From positions 1 through 52,432 of IMG/VR virus record IMGVR_UViG_3300043422_000208: a DNA stretch of 52,432 nucleotides; one strand, 5' to 3'. Positions 9,462 through 19,364 of the stretch are shown in pieces. Positions within the stretch are counted from its first letter, which is position 1, and every line of letters starts with the position of its first letter. The notes beneath the pieces were generated by a model, which did no database searches, was not told the DNA's origin, and was given only the letters and a program-made list of their open reading frames with translations. This stretch comes from a virus (Duplodnaviria; Caudoviricetes). Both the position numbers and the translations under genes were made by a program.

Positions 9462-10901
9462 ATGGATAAATTAAATCATAAGTATTTTGAATATTTATTA
9501 AAATGTGAAGAAGATCTATCTTTCTTTTTTACTGATTTAGTTTGGCCATTATGTACTGATGATCCATTTCGTAAATCTCCATACGGATATGATCTAATGG
9601 TGGATTATGCAAAAGCATGGATTACTGGAGAAATACCAAACCTTATAATATGTTTACCCCCTAGAAATGGCAAATCAAAATTCTTCTCAGTTGCTGTCCC
9701 GTTGTGGCTTTGGATTAACAACTCTGGCACTCGCATTGTTAACGTATCCAGTACTCCAGAAGTATTGGAAGATTTTGCCCTTGACCGAAAGAGGGTTTTT
9801 AGTAGTTCAGACTACCGTAAACTCTGCCCTGCCAACATCGTTAAAGATAAAGAAGGAAGAGTAGAAAATGCTGATGGCGGATATTTTGCATATTGGACTA
9901 TGCTTAATACTAAAATTGGTATGGGTGCTGACTACATCATTGTAGATGATCCTATTGCTACAAAAAATGCTTTTAATAAATCTCATTGCGCTAGAGTTTA
10001 TCATGAGTTTTCTAATGGACTAATGTCCAGAAGAAACCGTAAGAATATAAACAACCCTTCTCCTGTCTTAATCACTATGCAGAGACTTTCAGACTTTGAT
10101 CTAGCTGGTGAGATGAAGGAGAAGGGTTTTCAATATTTAGAATTACAATCATACGCTGAAGAAAAACAGATATTTATATTTCCAACTACAGGAAGAGTTT
10201 GGGAAAGACCGGAATTAGATGTCTTAAATCCTGAGCTAGAATCTTTAGAAACTTTGTTTGCACTAAGATTAACTGTTGAGAACTTTCAAGCACAGTATCA
10301 ACAGCGACCAATGGTTTCTAATGGTGCTTATGTTACTCAGGATTCTTTAGTTTACTATGAAGAGTTATCAGAATACACAAGAATATTTGTAACTATTGAT
10401 CCTGCTAGTTCAATTTCTGATGAAGCTTGTAACTGGGGGTTTTTGGTTATTGGTGAGTGTTCTACTCCTGAAGGTTTAAGATATGATGTTTTGTTTGGTC
10501 ATGCGAATAAGTTTGAATATCCTTCTGGTAAAATGAAGAGTATTGAACTTATTGAAGAATGGAATGTGGATGGAATTATAATAGAAAATAAATCTGCTGG
10601 TGTTGCATTGATTCCAGAGTTAGAAGTTTTGTATCCTGATAAAGTTGTTAGAGTAGATCCTAAAGGATCTAAACAGGATAGAACTTTAGCAGCTTTACCT
10701 AGAATAACTCAAGGTGTTATGAGGTTTCCTAGCCTTAAAAGATTCCCGCATTGTGTGTGGATGAATCTTCTTATTTATGAGATTTTAGCTTTTCCTAAAG
10801 GAAAAACTGATGATATGTTAGATGCATTATCTCAGTTCTGCAATAAAATGATTAGCGCTAAGATGACATTAAAACAGTTTTATGGAGCTTTGAGGAGTTA
10901 A
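9462..10901 (+). CDS. terL: terminase large subunit
   Basis: Walker A PPRNGKS, Walker B IIVDDP, MQRL..DLAG, FQAQYQQRP, nuclease IDPA, IENKSAG and DDMLDA. Confidence 0.93.
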   Translation: MDKLNHKYFEYLLKCEEDLSFFFTDLVWPLCTDDPFRKSPYGYDLMVDYAKAWITGEIPNLIICLPPRNGKSKFFSVAVPLWLWINNSGTRIVNVSSTPEVLEDFALDRKRVFSSSDYRKLCPANIVKDKEGRVENADGGYFAYWTMLNTKIGMGADYIIVDDPIATKNAFNKSHCARVYHEFSNGLMSRRNRKNINNPSPVLITMQRLSDFDLAGEMKEKGFQYLELQSYAEEKQIFIFPTTGRVWERPELDVLNPELESLETLFALRLTVENFQAQYQQRPMVSNGAYVTQDSLVYYEELSEYTRIFVTIDPASSISDEACNWGFLVIGECSTPEGLRYDVLFGHANKFEYPSGKMKSIELIEEWNVDGIIIENKSAGVALIPELEVLYPDKVVRVDPKGSKQDRTLAALPRITQGVMRFPSLKRFPHCVWMNLLIYEILAFPKGKTDDMLDALSQFCNKMISAKMTLKQFYGALRS

Positions 10902-10902
10902 T

Positions 10903-11256
10903 ATGTTCGATTATAGAAATACTAAAATTCCATTTAAAGTAGGTCAAAGCGATATTTATGGAGCTGATTGTGTAGGTTTAGGGATTCTTTATTTAAGATC
11001 ACAAGGATATAGATGTGAATGGGAGAATGAACTTAAAAGAGGTTTAGGAAGGTATGATTACTACAAATCTTGCTTTGATGCATATAACTTTAAAAGAGAT
11101 CCTAAAGGAGATATTATATTAATCCGTTTTATTAAATCTGCACATATAGGTTTAGTGTTTGATGATGTGTGTATCTATCAATCAAATCTTACTCTAAAAA
11201 CAGAGTATGGAGAAATTCCAAAAAACGGTTATAGGTATTCTTATTTAGGGGATTAG
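10903..11256 (+). CDS. NlpC/P60-like tail tip protein
   Basis: IPF..G....GADCVGL, GDII and HIGL, giving the catalytic Cys/His pattern. Confidence 0.7.
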   Translation: MFDYRNTKIPFKVGQSDIYGADCVGLGILYLRSQGYRCEWENELKRGLGRYDYYKSCFDAYNFKRDPKGDIILIRFIKSAHIGLVFDDVCIYQSNLTLKTEYGEIPKNGYRYSYLGD

Positions 11257-11257
11257 T

Positions 11258-11329
11258 ATGGAAGAAGTATTGAAGTTAGTTTTACTTTTATATATATTAT
11301 TTATCGTTTATAAGACATTTTTAGAGTAA
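11258..11329 (+). CDS. 23-aa hydrophobic peptide (not in the ORF track)
   Basis: MEEVLKLVLLLYILFIVYKTFLE fills the gap between two tail-tip genes. Confidence 0.35.
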   Translation: MEEVLKLVLLLYILFIVYKTFLE

Positions 11330-11336
11330 AATTAAT

Positions 11337-13937
11337 ATGGCTTTTGTTGTTGATACTGTTTTATCTTTTGCTTTTTCAACTTTATCTAATTGGGTGTTTC
11401 CTAAAGATCAACCAAAATCCCAAGACTCAGTTCCTAATGGCGATTTTGGCTCTCCTCTTTATTGGGCTTGGGGGACTACTTTAGTTCCTGGTACTTTGAT
11501 GTATATTTTGGATCCAAGTTTGAATAATAGGGTTCAGTTAGATAAGTACACTTGGTCAGATCCTGTAGACTCATCTTCTTACGCTCATTTTCTACATGTT
11601 AATCCTAGTAATACTACTTTACGTGCTTTAAGAATTAATGGAAGTATTGTAGCTACAAATATTTCAGATTTACCTTTAGACAAAGATAATGAAAGCAATA
11701 AAGTAGGGGATTCAGTAACAGGGGGACAGAAATTTGATAATCTAAACTACAGATTTTATGATGGAACTCAAACAGTTACAGATCCAGTATATGCTAAACA
11801 AGGACATAGCAATCTAATTTATAACGGTATTTCTGTTTTAGTAGTAGACTCAGCTTTAAGAAAACTTTATGGAGGAAGAGGATCCGCTTTAACTGCATAT
11901 ATTACAAATAATCCTCAAAACTCTTTGGGAGGAATAACTTATGCTGGAACTGCAAATACTCCTACAAATCTATTAATCAATACTATAGCTGGAATAACTG
12001 TTCCTAATGGTTGGATCAGTTCAGGCTATTTTTCTGTTTTTAATGGCCCAGCTAGTATTATTCCTACTCTAGCTATCTTTGGGATGTACGCTTATTTTGT
12101 AATTGGTACAGGATCAGAGACTCAAGTTAATTTTATAGATAATACACTATTCTCAATCTCATTAGCTTCTACACCTGTTTCTGTAAATCCTCCTGGTGTT
12201 GCAGGGAAATATAGTATTGGCGCTCCTTTTTATACTGGAACTCCAGAGGTTATTCTTACAGATAAAGTTTTAGTTTGTGCTAAAGGGGGAACTGTAAGAG
12301 AAGTAATTCTGTCTTCTACGGTTTATTCCCCTTTTTACTCTCAACTTGGAGAAATTAAAGATTCAGCAGGAACAACACATGCTCTCTGTGGTTTAGATGA
12401 GGCTGTTGTAGGTTGGGCTGGAAAAATGTTTATTCGTGGTTCAGCTCCTACTTTAAATACTACTCCTAACACTCAGCCACCTACAGGAACCACTACTTTA
12501 GTTTCTATTATTACTGAGCTATTAGCAGAAAAGGGGATTACAGCTACTTACACTTCTGGTTTTGATGAAGAAGTAATTGGATTTAATACTCGTGCTACAG
12601 ATATCGCACAAGACATTATTAATCTTTTAACTGTTTTTAATAAAGTAGTTTATGAAGATCGTCAAGGAAATTTAGTATTTTCTCCATATCCTGATGATTC
12701 TAATACAGTAGATATTCTTATTTCTGGGCATTTGTCAGAACCAGAAATAGTTATTTCTCCTAAATCTGAATTACCAGATGCTGTTAATTTTGGGTTTAGA
12801 GATACAAGCAGACAGTATGATTCTAACTCTGTAAAAGTAGGTGGATCAGATAATAATATTAGAGATTTTAGTTTAGAGATTTCTTTAGATCCTGCTTCAG
12901 CTCAGTATAGAGCTTGGGTAGTGAGAAATAGACTAAGAAATACTTTTGTTTCTGGTACTTTACATTTAACAAGTATTTACAGTTATTTAGAAGCTAATGA
13001 TGTTTGTGTTTTAAAAGCTTTAAATTCAAATGATTTAGATTTAAAAATCCTCATTACTCGAATAGAACAAGGTGCAGATCTAAGTCTTAGGGTTCAATTT
13101 GTAAATTGGTCAGCTCCAGCTACATATCAAGATTTTCAAAATCAAAGTTTTTCTAATATTTATAATCCTGGTGTAGTTAATCCTCCGGTATTTAGGCTTA
13201 TAGATACTGAGCCTAGATCTTCTTCTGTAGGTTTAACTGTCTATACAGAAACTTCAAGCCTAGTAACAACTGTTGGATCTTCTCTAGTAGCTCCTACTAC
13301 AAATTTCTTAAGAGGTGTTGTTTCTAGTATTTCTAACGACAAGAAAACAATTTCTATTAGTTTAGCTGATGGACTTATGAGCATACTTCCTTTCACAGAT
13401 TACTATGTGGGAGGATCTTGGATAAGATGTGGTAGCGTTACTTCTTCTTCTGGATTAGCTATTTTAAATAATGTAACTTACGGTTTTTATGGATCTAAAG
13501 ATTCTATAAATGTGGCAGATGAGTTATTTGGTTTAGCAGAAGAAAACACATTTAATAACAGCTATTTATCCTACACTGCTTCTAGTGGGTCAGCTAGTTA
13601 TACTCTTTCTCCAGAAACTAAAAAAAGAATCAATGAGCCTACATTAGCTCAATTAAAAGTATCTGCTGGATTTCTTTATCTTCGTAGAAAACAATTAGGA
13701 TTTACAGATGATGGTAATTTCGGATCTTCTAATCTTGTTCCTTTACCTTCAGTAGTTTTTATTATTAAAAATTTAACTACTTCTGCAACTATCTACGAAA
13801 CAATGTCAATTAGTCAAGATTATTTAGAAATACCTTACTCTTCTTATACTGTTGGAGATCTAATACAAGTTCAGCAAAAATCTTCTTCTACTGCTCCTGT
13901 ACTAAATTCTCCTATAAATATCGTCACTGCAATCTAG
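11337..13937 (+). CDS. central tail tip / host-specificity protein (GTA megatron / phage-tail_3-like)
   Basis: N-terminal G.P.YWAWGT..VPG; FYDGTQT..DP; ELPDAVNFGFRD..RQYD. Confidence 0.75.
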   Translation: MAFVVDTVLSFAFSTLSNWVFPKDQPKSQDSVPNGDFGSPLYWAWGTTLVPGTLMYILDPSLNNRVQLDKYTWSDPVDSSSYAHFLHVNPSNTTLRALRINGSIVATNISDLPLDKDNESNKVGDSVTGGQKFDNLNYRFYDGTQTVTDPVYAKQGHSNLIYNGISVLVVDSALRKLYGGRGSALTAYITNNPQNSLGGITYAGTANTPTNLLINTIAGITVPNGWISSGYFSVFNGPASIIPTLAIFGMYAYFVIGTGSETQVNFIDNTLFSISLASTPVSVNPPGVAGKYSIGAPFYTGTPEVILTDKVLVCAKGGTVREVILSSTVYSPFYSQLGEIKDSAGTTHALCGLDEAVVGWAGKMFIRGSAPTLNTTPNTQPPTGTTTLVSIITELLAEKGITATYTSGFDEEVIGFNTRATDIAQDIINLLTVFNKVVYEDRQGNLVFSPYPDDSNTVDILISGHLSEPEIVISPKSELPDAVNFGFRDTSRQYDSNSVKVGGSDNNIRDFSLEISLDPASAQYRAWVVRNRLRNTFVSGTLHLTSIYSYLEANDVCVLKALNSNDLDLKILITRIEQGADLSLRVQFVNWSAPATYQDFQNQSFSNIYNPGVVNPPVFRLIDTEPRSSSVGLTVYTETSSLVTTVGSSLVAPTTNFLRGVVSSISNDKKTISISLADGLMSILPFTDYYVGGSWIRCGSVTSSSGLAILNNVTYGFYGSKDSINVADELFGLAEENTFNNSYLSYTASSGSASYTLSPETKKRINEPTLAQLKVSAGFLYLRRKQLGFTDDGNFGSSNLVPLPSVVFIIKNLTTSATIYETMSISQDYLEIPYSSYTVGDLIQVQQKSSSTAPVLNSPINIVTAI

Positions 13938-13985
13938 TTTTTATTTTAAATATTTTATTGCTTAAGATTCTTCTTTTAATGTATA

Positions 13986-14324
13986 ATGGAGTCTATGAAC
14001 AAAAATCCTATTTTTGCTGAAATTAAAGAAGTAGTTTTAGGCTCTAGAACAGTCAATTTGGCTGTGATAGAACATTCGTTCCTGTATAGAAATACTAAAG
14101 TTTTAGGTTTGACTTCACTAAGAAGTTTTGCTTTTTTCTTATTCTACCAAGGCGATACTCTAAGACTTCTTTTCGGTGATTCATTACTTGTTCCAATTGA
14201 ACAAGTCACTGTATATGAGTACTTCATAGTTCAGAAAAATTCTGAATTTGTCTATGATTTAATAAAAGCAGAAGATAGGTTTTTAAAAAAGCTAGAAAAG
14301 CTTGAGCGTCAAGATGGCAAATAA
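13986..14324 (+). CDS. hypothetical protein (possible head-closure protein)
   Basis: Size and position; a TTGCTT...TATAAT promoter abuts the start. Confidence 0.35.
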   Translation: MESMNKNPIFAEIKEVVLGSRTVNLAVIEHSFLYRNTKVLGLTSLRSFAFFLFYQGDTLRLLFGDSLLVPIEQVTVYEYFIVQKNSEFVYDLIKAEDRFLKKLEKLERQDGK

Positions 14325-15216
14325 AAAATTTCAATATGACATTTTTGGAAACATGATTGTGTGGTTACCTTTTGGTACACCTACGATCATAGAAGACTAT
14401 GGACACGGAAGTTATATAGTTACTCGCCAACAAATTGAAAATATTGAAAGCAATAGAACTTTGGCCGGAATTGATATCACTGTTTGGCACCCTACTGATT
14501 CAGATGGAAATCAAACTTTTGTTACTCCTGAAAACTACAATGATGTAACTGTTGGTACCTCAATTGGGGAATATAGAATCGTTGATAATGTAGGAGAAGT
14601 GAAATGTTTGATTAAAAACTCATTAGCTCAAGATTTAATCAAATCTGGAAGCATCGAGGAAACATCTCCTTGCTATGTGCAAGATGCTGAAGGAAACAGG
14701 CTATATAACCACATTTGCATGATTCCTAATGGGTATGCTAGAGGTGGAAGAACAATGTTAATAAAAACTGAAGGAATAAACAAAATGGAAATTGAAAAAA
14801 TTGCTGAAATGGCTTCTGTTAAAACTGTGGAGGCAATTAAAATCATGATGGCTGAGGGAGATGATCATGAAGCTAAGTTTGAAGCACAACTAGCAAAAGC
14901 AAAATTGGAAGGCTATCAAGAAGGTCTTAGTGCTGGAAAGTATATTACTTTTGCTGGAAAGATTGGTTATGAAGGATCTGACATTGAAGCAGCTAAGGCA
15001 CATATTCTAACAACTAAATTCCCTAAAAAATCTTTTGAAGGTATTGAGGAATCCACAAAGGCTACTTTTCTTGAAGCTGCTATGTGTATGGTTCCTGATG
15101 AAGAAGAAGAAAAGAAGGAAGCTAAAAATTGTGAATCTAAGCTTCCTGTAGAAGTAAAGATTGAATCTTATGATGCTTCTAAAGTTGTTCAATCTAAATA
15201 CTGGAAAAAGAAGTAA
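14314..15216 (+). CDS. prohead protease/scaffold (DUF2213-like)
   Basis: ITVWHP, VTPENY, ETSPCY, YNHICMI..ARGG motifs plus a helical C-terminal scaffold region. ATG 14314 preferred over TTG 14302. Confidence 0.75.
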   Translation: MANKKFQYDIFGNMIVWLPFGTPTIIEDYGHGSYIVTRQQIENIESNRTLAGIDITVWHPTDSDGNQTFVTPENYNDVTVGTSIGEYRIVDNVGEVKCLIKNSLAQDLIKSGSIEETSPCYVQDAEGNRLYNHICMIPNGYARGGRTMLIKTEGINKMEIEKIAEMASVKTVEAIKIMMAEGDDHEAKFEAQLAKAKLEGYQEGLSAGKYITFAGKIGYEGSDIEAAKAHILTTKFPKKSFEGIEESTKATFLEAAMCMVPDEEEEKKEAKNCESKLPVEVKIESYDASKVVQSKYWKKK

Positions 15217-15261
15217 TTCTTAATTTTCTTTCATTAAAATATAAAATTCAGGTTTAATAAA

Positions 15262-16104
15262 ATGCCATCCCCTTATGATTTGAATAATCTTCCACGCTCT
15301 AGAGCTGGAATGTTGGTAGGTACTGAGAATATCTCTCAGCCTGCTGTTGCTAGTGCTGCTGCTGGTGTACTTCCTACAGGAACAATCATTGGTACTTCTT
15401 TGACTACTACGGCTAACGCTGTTAACCAAATTGTTTTTGTTAACGGATACGATAATGCAGAAATTCGTGGAACTTACGTTGTTCCTGCTACAGGTTTTGT
15501 AGCTGCTGATTTCCATCTTTATATCCAAACTCTGCTTAGTGGATTTGTTCAATTTACAAACTTCACAAACTGGGGACTTGCAGCTACTGTAAACGTAACT
15601 TCAGCAACATACGGTGTCTTCGGAACTCTGACTGTTAATGCTACATCTTTAACTCTCACTGCTCCTGTAGATGCACCAATCCCAGAAGGTAGAATTGTAA
15701 TTCCTGATTTTGCTGCTGTTTTCTTAGCAGATGGGAATCAAACAAAGATTGATGTTTATCGTTTGCCAGTACTTGCAAATACTACAGCACAAACTTTGTC
15801 TGTTGGTGGAGTTTCTTGCACTATGCCTTGGATTTCTGCTTATAACCTTACTGGTGATAATCGAGTTCAATCTGGAGATCGTTACTCTGTCTTGAAACAA
15901 GGTGTAATTACAGTTAGCTCTATCGCTGCTATTGCTACTCTGAATACTCCTATTTTTGTTGAATGTGCTGTAGGTGCAAACCAAGGTCGAATTACTCCTA
16001 CCTCTTCAGTAACAACTGTAGCTTTGGATCCACGTAACTATCAATTACTCGAAACTGCAAATTCTGTAAATGGTATTTGTAAGATGCGAGTATCTACGAT
16101 GTAA
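15262..16104 (+). CDS. capsid decoration/cement protein
   Basis: Lies between the protease and MCP genes; SVLKQGVITV motif; A/T/V-rich. Confidence 0.6.
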   Translation: MPSPYDLNNLPRSRAGMLVGTENISQPAVASAAAGVLPTGTIIGTSLTTTANAVNQIVFVNGYDNAEIRGTYVVPATGFVAADFHLYIQTLLSGFVQFTNFTNWGLAATVNVTSATYGVFGTLTVNATSLTLTAPVDAPIPEGRIVIPDFAAVFLADGNQTKIDVYRLPVLANTTAQTLSVGGVSCTMPWISAYNLTGDNRVQSGDRYSVLKQGVITVSSIAAIATLNTPIFVECAVGANQGRITPTSSVTTVALDPRNYQLLETANSVNGICKMRVSTM

Positions 16105-16155
16105 TCTGGTTTCAGTTATTAAGTAAATTTAAAATTAATCTAAAGAAGAAAAACT

Positions 16156-17046
16156 ATGTTGCCAGATATTCTGTTACGTGAGCTTCGAGGTATTATCGAA
16201 GAGAGAATGGCCCCTACACCTTTTGCTAAAGGGGAAATTCTACCTATTAGTAATTACGGTATGGAGTTGTTTACTCCTGGTTATCAAAAATATCGTTCTA
16301 CGATTGTTTCTAGTTTTCGTGTTTATAATCCTGCTCCTTTTTCAGGAAAACAAAACATCGGAACTACTAGCATTCTTGATAATCCTAGACTTGTTACTTT
16401 TAGAAATAAAAACTGGGCATCGGGAATTGAAATTAATCCTGCAATGCTAGAAGCAGCTAGGGCTATTAATAACTACGATGTTATTACAGAAGCTGCAAAA
16501 AGCACAGATGACGGTTTCAATAATTTCATTGAAAATGCTGCTGTTTTTGGTGTTACTGGTGATCAAATTCCTGGTCTGTTGAATGGTAGCGGTATTCCTC
16601 AATCTGTTGAAACTGCAAACTACTATAACGGATCTATTAATGGATCTCAGATTGTTGATAATATTATTGAATGGGCTGGAGCTGTTCGCAGATTTTCAAA
16701 TTATCGGTACCAAACAGAAGTTTTTGTTCTTAGTCCACGTCTAAGACAACAATTTAATAAAATCACTTTTGCTATTGCTGGTTCTACTACGGATCGTAGT
16801 GTTCTATCTGTACTTAAAGAAAGACTGATGGATCTAAATCCAAATTACAGAATTGTAGAAGCTCCTATTTGTGAGCAGGCTAAGTTTATGGCTTTTCTAC
16901 CATACGATCCTGAATTGGTTGGTTTGGGTGTTGTACCTTTGCGTCAATACGTAAGACCAGAAAAACTAGATTGGCATGGTTCTACTTTAGGTGTAGTGGC
17001 CGAGCAGCCAGAGAGTTCCCTAGTCGTACGCACACCTAATAGCTAA
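16156..17046 (+). CDS. major capsid protein (HK97 fold, DUF2184-like)
   Basis: ENAAVFG....IPGLLN, FVLSP and C-terminal TLGVVAEQP; followed by a strong terminator. Confidence 0.75.
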   Translation: MLPDILLRELRGIIEERMAPTPFAKGEILPISNYGMELFTPGYQKYRSTIVSSFRVYNPAPFSGKQNIGTTSILDNPRLVTFRNKNWASGIEINPAMLEAARAINNYDVITEAAKSTDDGFNNFIENAAVFGVTGDQIPGLLNGSGIPQSVETANYYNGSINGSQIVDNIIEWAGAVRRFSNYRYQTEVFVLSPRLRQQFNKITFAIAGSTTDRSVLSVLKERLMDLNPNYRIVEAPICEQAKFMAFLPYDPELVGLGVVPLRQYVRPEKLDWHGSTLGVVAEQPESSLVVRTPNS

Positions 17047-17076
17047 ACAACCTTAACACAGTTACCTAATTCATAG

Positions 17077-17112
17077 ATGGCTCTAGGCATACGTTCTAGA
17101 GCCATTTTATTT
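17077..17112 (+). terminator. intrinsic terminator
   Basis: ATGGCTCTAG/CTAGAGCCAT stem plus a T-rich tail. Confidence 0.8.
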
Positions 17113-17152
17113 GAAGTTCTAGCTGTTTGGAGTTATGATTTAGGAAAGTATG

Positions 17153-17181
17153 TTGACCTATCCACCTGTTTCTTATATAAT
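17153..17181 (+). promoter_or_regulatory. sigma70-type promoter of the HNH gene
   Basis: TTGACC-17 nt-TATAAT. Confidence 0.7.
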
Positions 17182-17207
17182 AATAGCTGTAGTTTAGTTT
17201 ATGAATC

Positions 17208-18101
17208 ATGGTAACTTTGTTAATGGATGCAGGTAGAAATAAATTTAATATCAAGCAAGGTTTATTTCTTTGTGATTGTGGAAAAGAATTTACAAATACT
17301 TATGATGCAATTAGAGCAGGTAGAGTAAAATCTTGTGGTTGTTTAAAATCTAAAGTTACAGCTCAAAGAAATAAAGATACTGCTAAATCTGGAAAAGAAG
17401 CAAACACTTATAAGCATGGATTTTCTAACAAACCTTTTTGGAATACTTGGAGTGGTTTAAGGCAAAGATGTGATAATCCTAAAAATCATGCTTATGCTAG
17501 CTATGGTGGAAGAGGAATTACTTATGATCCTAGATGGCAAGAATTTGAAAACTTTTATGCTGATATGTTTGATACTTGGGAAAAAGGTTTAAGTATTGAT
17601 CGAATAGATAACAACGGAAACTACTGTAAGGAAAATTGCAGATGGGTAAATGCTAAAACTCAAGCTACAAATAAAAGAAACAATCTCAAAATAGATGGAA
17701 AGATTTTAGATATTGTTGCTGAAGAAACAGGAATACCTTTAACTACTTTAAGATCTAGAAAAAATCAAAATGTTGCTGAAGATAAAATTCTTAAAGTTCA
17801 TAGATCTCAACTCCCTTCAGTTCAGATTACTTACAATGGACAAACTAAGCATTACACAGAATGGGCTAAGGAATTAGGAGTAGATCCTAATACACTAAGA
17901 AGAAGGAAGAAAGATGGATGGAGCGATAAAGATGTTATTGAAAAACCTCATAGAGAGGATCTCTATTTAGTACAAAAAGACGGAGAAACTAAATGTTTAA
18001 AAATTTGGTCAAAAGAATTAGGTGTTGATTTTAGAACAATGAAAGCTAGATTCTACAGAGCTAAAGAAAAAGGAAAAGATTTAGCAACAATTTTGTATTA
18101 G
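17208..18101 (+). CDS. free-standing HNH-family homing endonuclease
   Basis: CDCG, SCGC, YGGRGI, SIDRIDNNGNYCKENCRW and C-terminal repeated G.TK...W.KELGV DNA-binding modules. Confidence 0.85.
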   Translation: MVTLLMDAGRNKFNIKQGLFLCDCGKEFTNTYDAIRAGRVKSCGCLKSKVTAQRNKDTAKSGKEANTYKHGFSNKPFWNTWSGLRQRCDNPKNHAYASYGGRGITYDPRWQEFENFYADMFDTWEKGLSIDRIDNNGNYCKENCRWVNAKTQATNKRNNLKIDGKILDIVAEETGIPLTTLRSRKNQNVAEDKILKVHRSQLPSVQITYNGQTKHYTEWAKELGVDPNTLRRRKKDGWSDKDVIEKPHREDLYLVQKDGETKCLKIWSKELGVDFRTMKARFYRAKEKGKDLATILY

Positions 18102-18110
18102 TTTTACTAA

Positions 18111-18144
18111 AAAATCTCTAGAAGAATTAACCTCTAGAGATTTT
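18111..18144. terminator. bidirectional terminator
   Basis: AAAATCTCTAGA/TCTAGAGATTTT between convergent genes. Confidence 0.75.
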
Positions 18145-18148
18145 AATT

Positions 18149-18715
18149 TTAATTGCCGTATTCTTCCTCTTCTAGTTGGATGTATTTATCGTATTCTGAT
18201 TGCATTAAGCTATTTACTTCATAATTAGATTCTAGATTTAGTTTTTCTAGTAAACAAGAAAGCTGGCTAACTATTATATCTATGAAATCTATTCTTTCAG
18301 TTTCTGCATCTACAGAATCAAATAATTTTAATGTAGCACACATAAGAGTTTTTCTACAAAATTTTTGATGACTGTTTGGAAGATCATAGATATTTGGATC
18401 GTAGTTAGTTTCGTAGTTTACAACATTCTCTAATAGAACTTTAACTATAATAGTTCTAAGATAGAATAGTAATGAAAATACTTCATATCTTTTCACAGTA
18501 CAGGGATTATATTCTTCTAGAAAATTACATTCTGCTTCAAGAATTAATCTATTAACAGCAATAAGAAATCTAGTTGCAATTAAATCTCTTTTTTCTAAGC
18601 TATGTCTTTTTTCATTAAAACTAGTATATTGAAAACTACGCTCATTATCAAATCTATTTTTTACTATAGTCATCCCTAAGTAAGGAACAAAATCTCTCAT
18701 GAAATTAGCAGTCAT
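18149..18715 (-). CDS. degenerate paralog of the adjacent MazG-like protein
   Basis: Aligns by eye with 18726-19358 (LFYLR vs LVYLR; SQLSCLL vs FQLDLLT). Confidence 0.4.
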   Translation of the reverse strand: MTANFMRDFVPYLGMTIVKNRFDNERSFQYTSFNEKRHSLEKRDLIATRFLIAVNRLILEAECNFLEEYNPCTVKRYEVFSLLFYLRTIIVKVLLENVVNYETNYDPNIYDLPNSHQKFCRKTLMCATLKLFDSVDAETERIDFIDIIVSQLSCLLEKLNLESNYEVNSLMQSEYDKYIQLEEEEYGN

Positions 18716-18725
18716 CTGTTTTCTC

Positions 18726-19358
18726 CTATGATACGTTATGTCTTTCTGTTAATTTAGCATAGTTTTGTCTAGCTAGCAATTGTAAGTATTCAAAATCTGA
18801 ACATACATTTTCTTTATCGTTAAGGATCATTTTAGTAAGTAAATCTAGTTGAAATACAAAATTACAAAAATCTTGAACTTTTTTCTTCTTACTTCTCACT
18901 TTATCAGATCTATGAAATTTAGCAAATGCATCTAGAAAACAAAAATAATCAAATTCTTCTCTAAAAGTTTTATCTATTCCCGGATAATTAAAAATTTCAC
19001 ATACATGATCTTCATAAGCAAAATAAATCTCTTTAGCTGCATCTTCTACGTATTCCCTCAAATACACTAACCAGAATAAGATATCTCCTCTCTCTGAATC
19101 TGTTTTATCTAATTCGTATTCTCTCACTTCTGCAATAAGCTCTAACCCAGCTTTAATTCCTCCAGCTTTAATATCTTTATAGATACAACCCATACTTACT
19201 ACAAAATCACCGTAATAGTAAGCACTTCCTGTAGTTGTTCTAGGACAAGTAATTTTAGAAACTTTAAAAATTAGATCAAGAAAATGGTACATGATGTCTA
19301 GATGTCTATTAACTACTTTAAAATAATACCTTAAAACTTCTCCAAAGTCAAATATCAT
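18726..19358 (-). CDS. MazG-like all-alpha nucleotide pyrophosphohydrolase (putative)
   Basis: EVRE...ERGDILFW (ExxE...ExxD) and C-terminal ARQNYAKLTER (N..KL..R). Confidence 0.5.
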   Translation of the reverse strand: MIFDFGEVLRYYFKVVNRHLDIMYHFLDLIFKVSKITCPRTTTGSAYYYGDFVVSMGCIYKDIKAGGIKAGLELIAEVREYELDKTDSERGDILFWLVYLREYVEDAAKEIYFAYEDHVCEIFNYPGIDKTFREEFDYFCFLDAFAKFHRSDKVRSKKKKVQDFCNFVFQLDLLTKMILNDKENVCSDFEYLQLLARQNYAKLTERHNVS

Positions 19359-19364
19359 GCTATA

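Noticed and set aside
17046-18110. Group I intron splitting the capsid gene
   Set aside because: The MCP has a plausible C-terminus and terminator, the HNH gene has its own promoter, and no downstream exon is evident.
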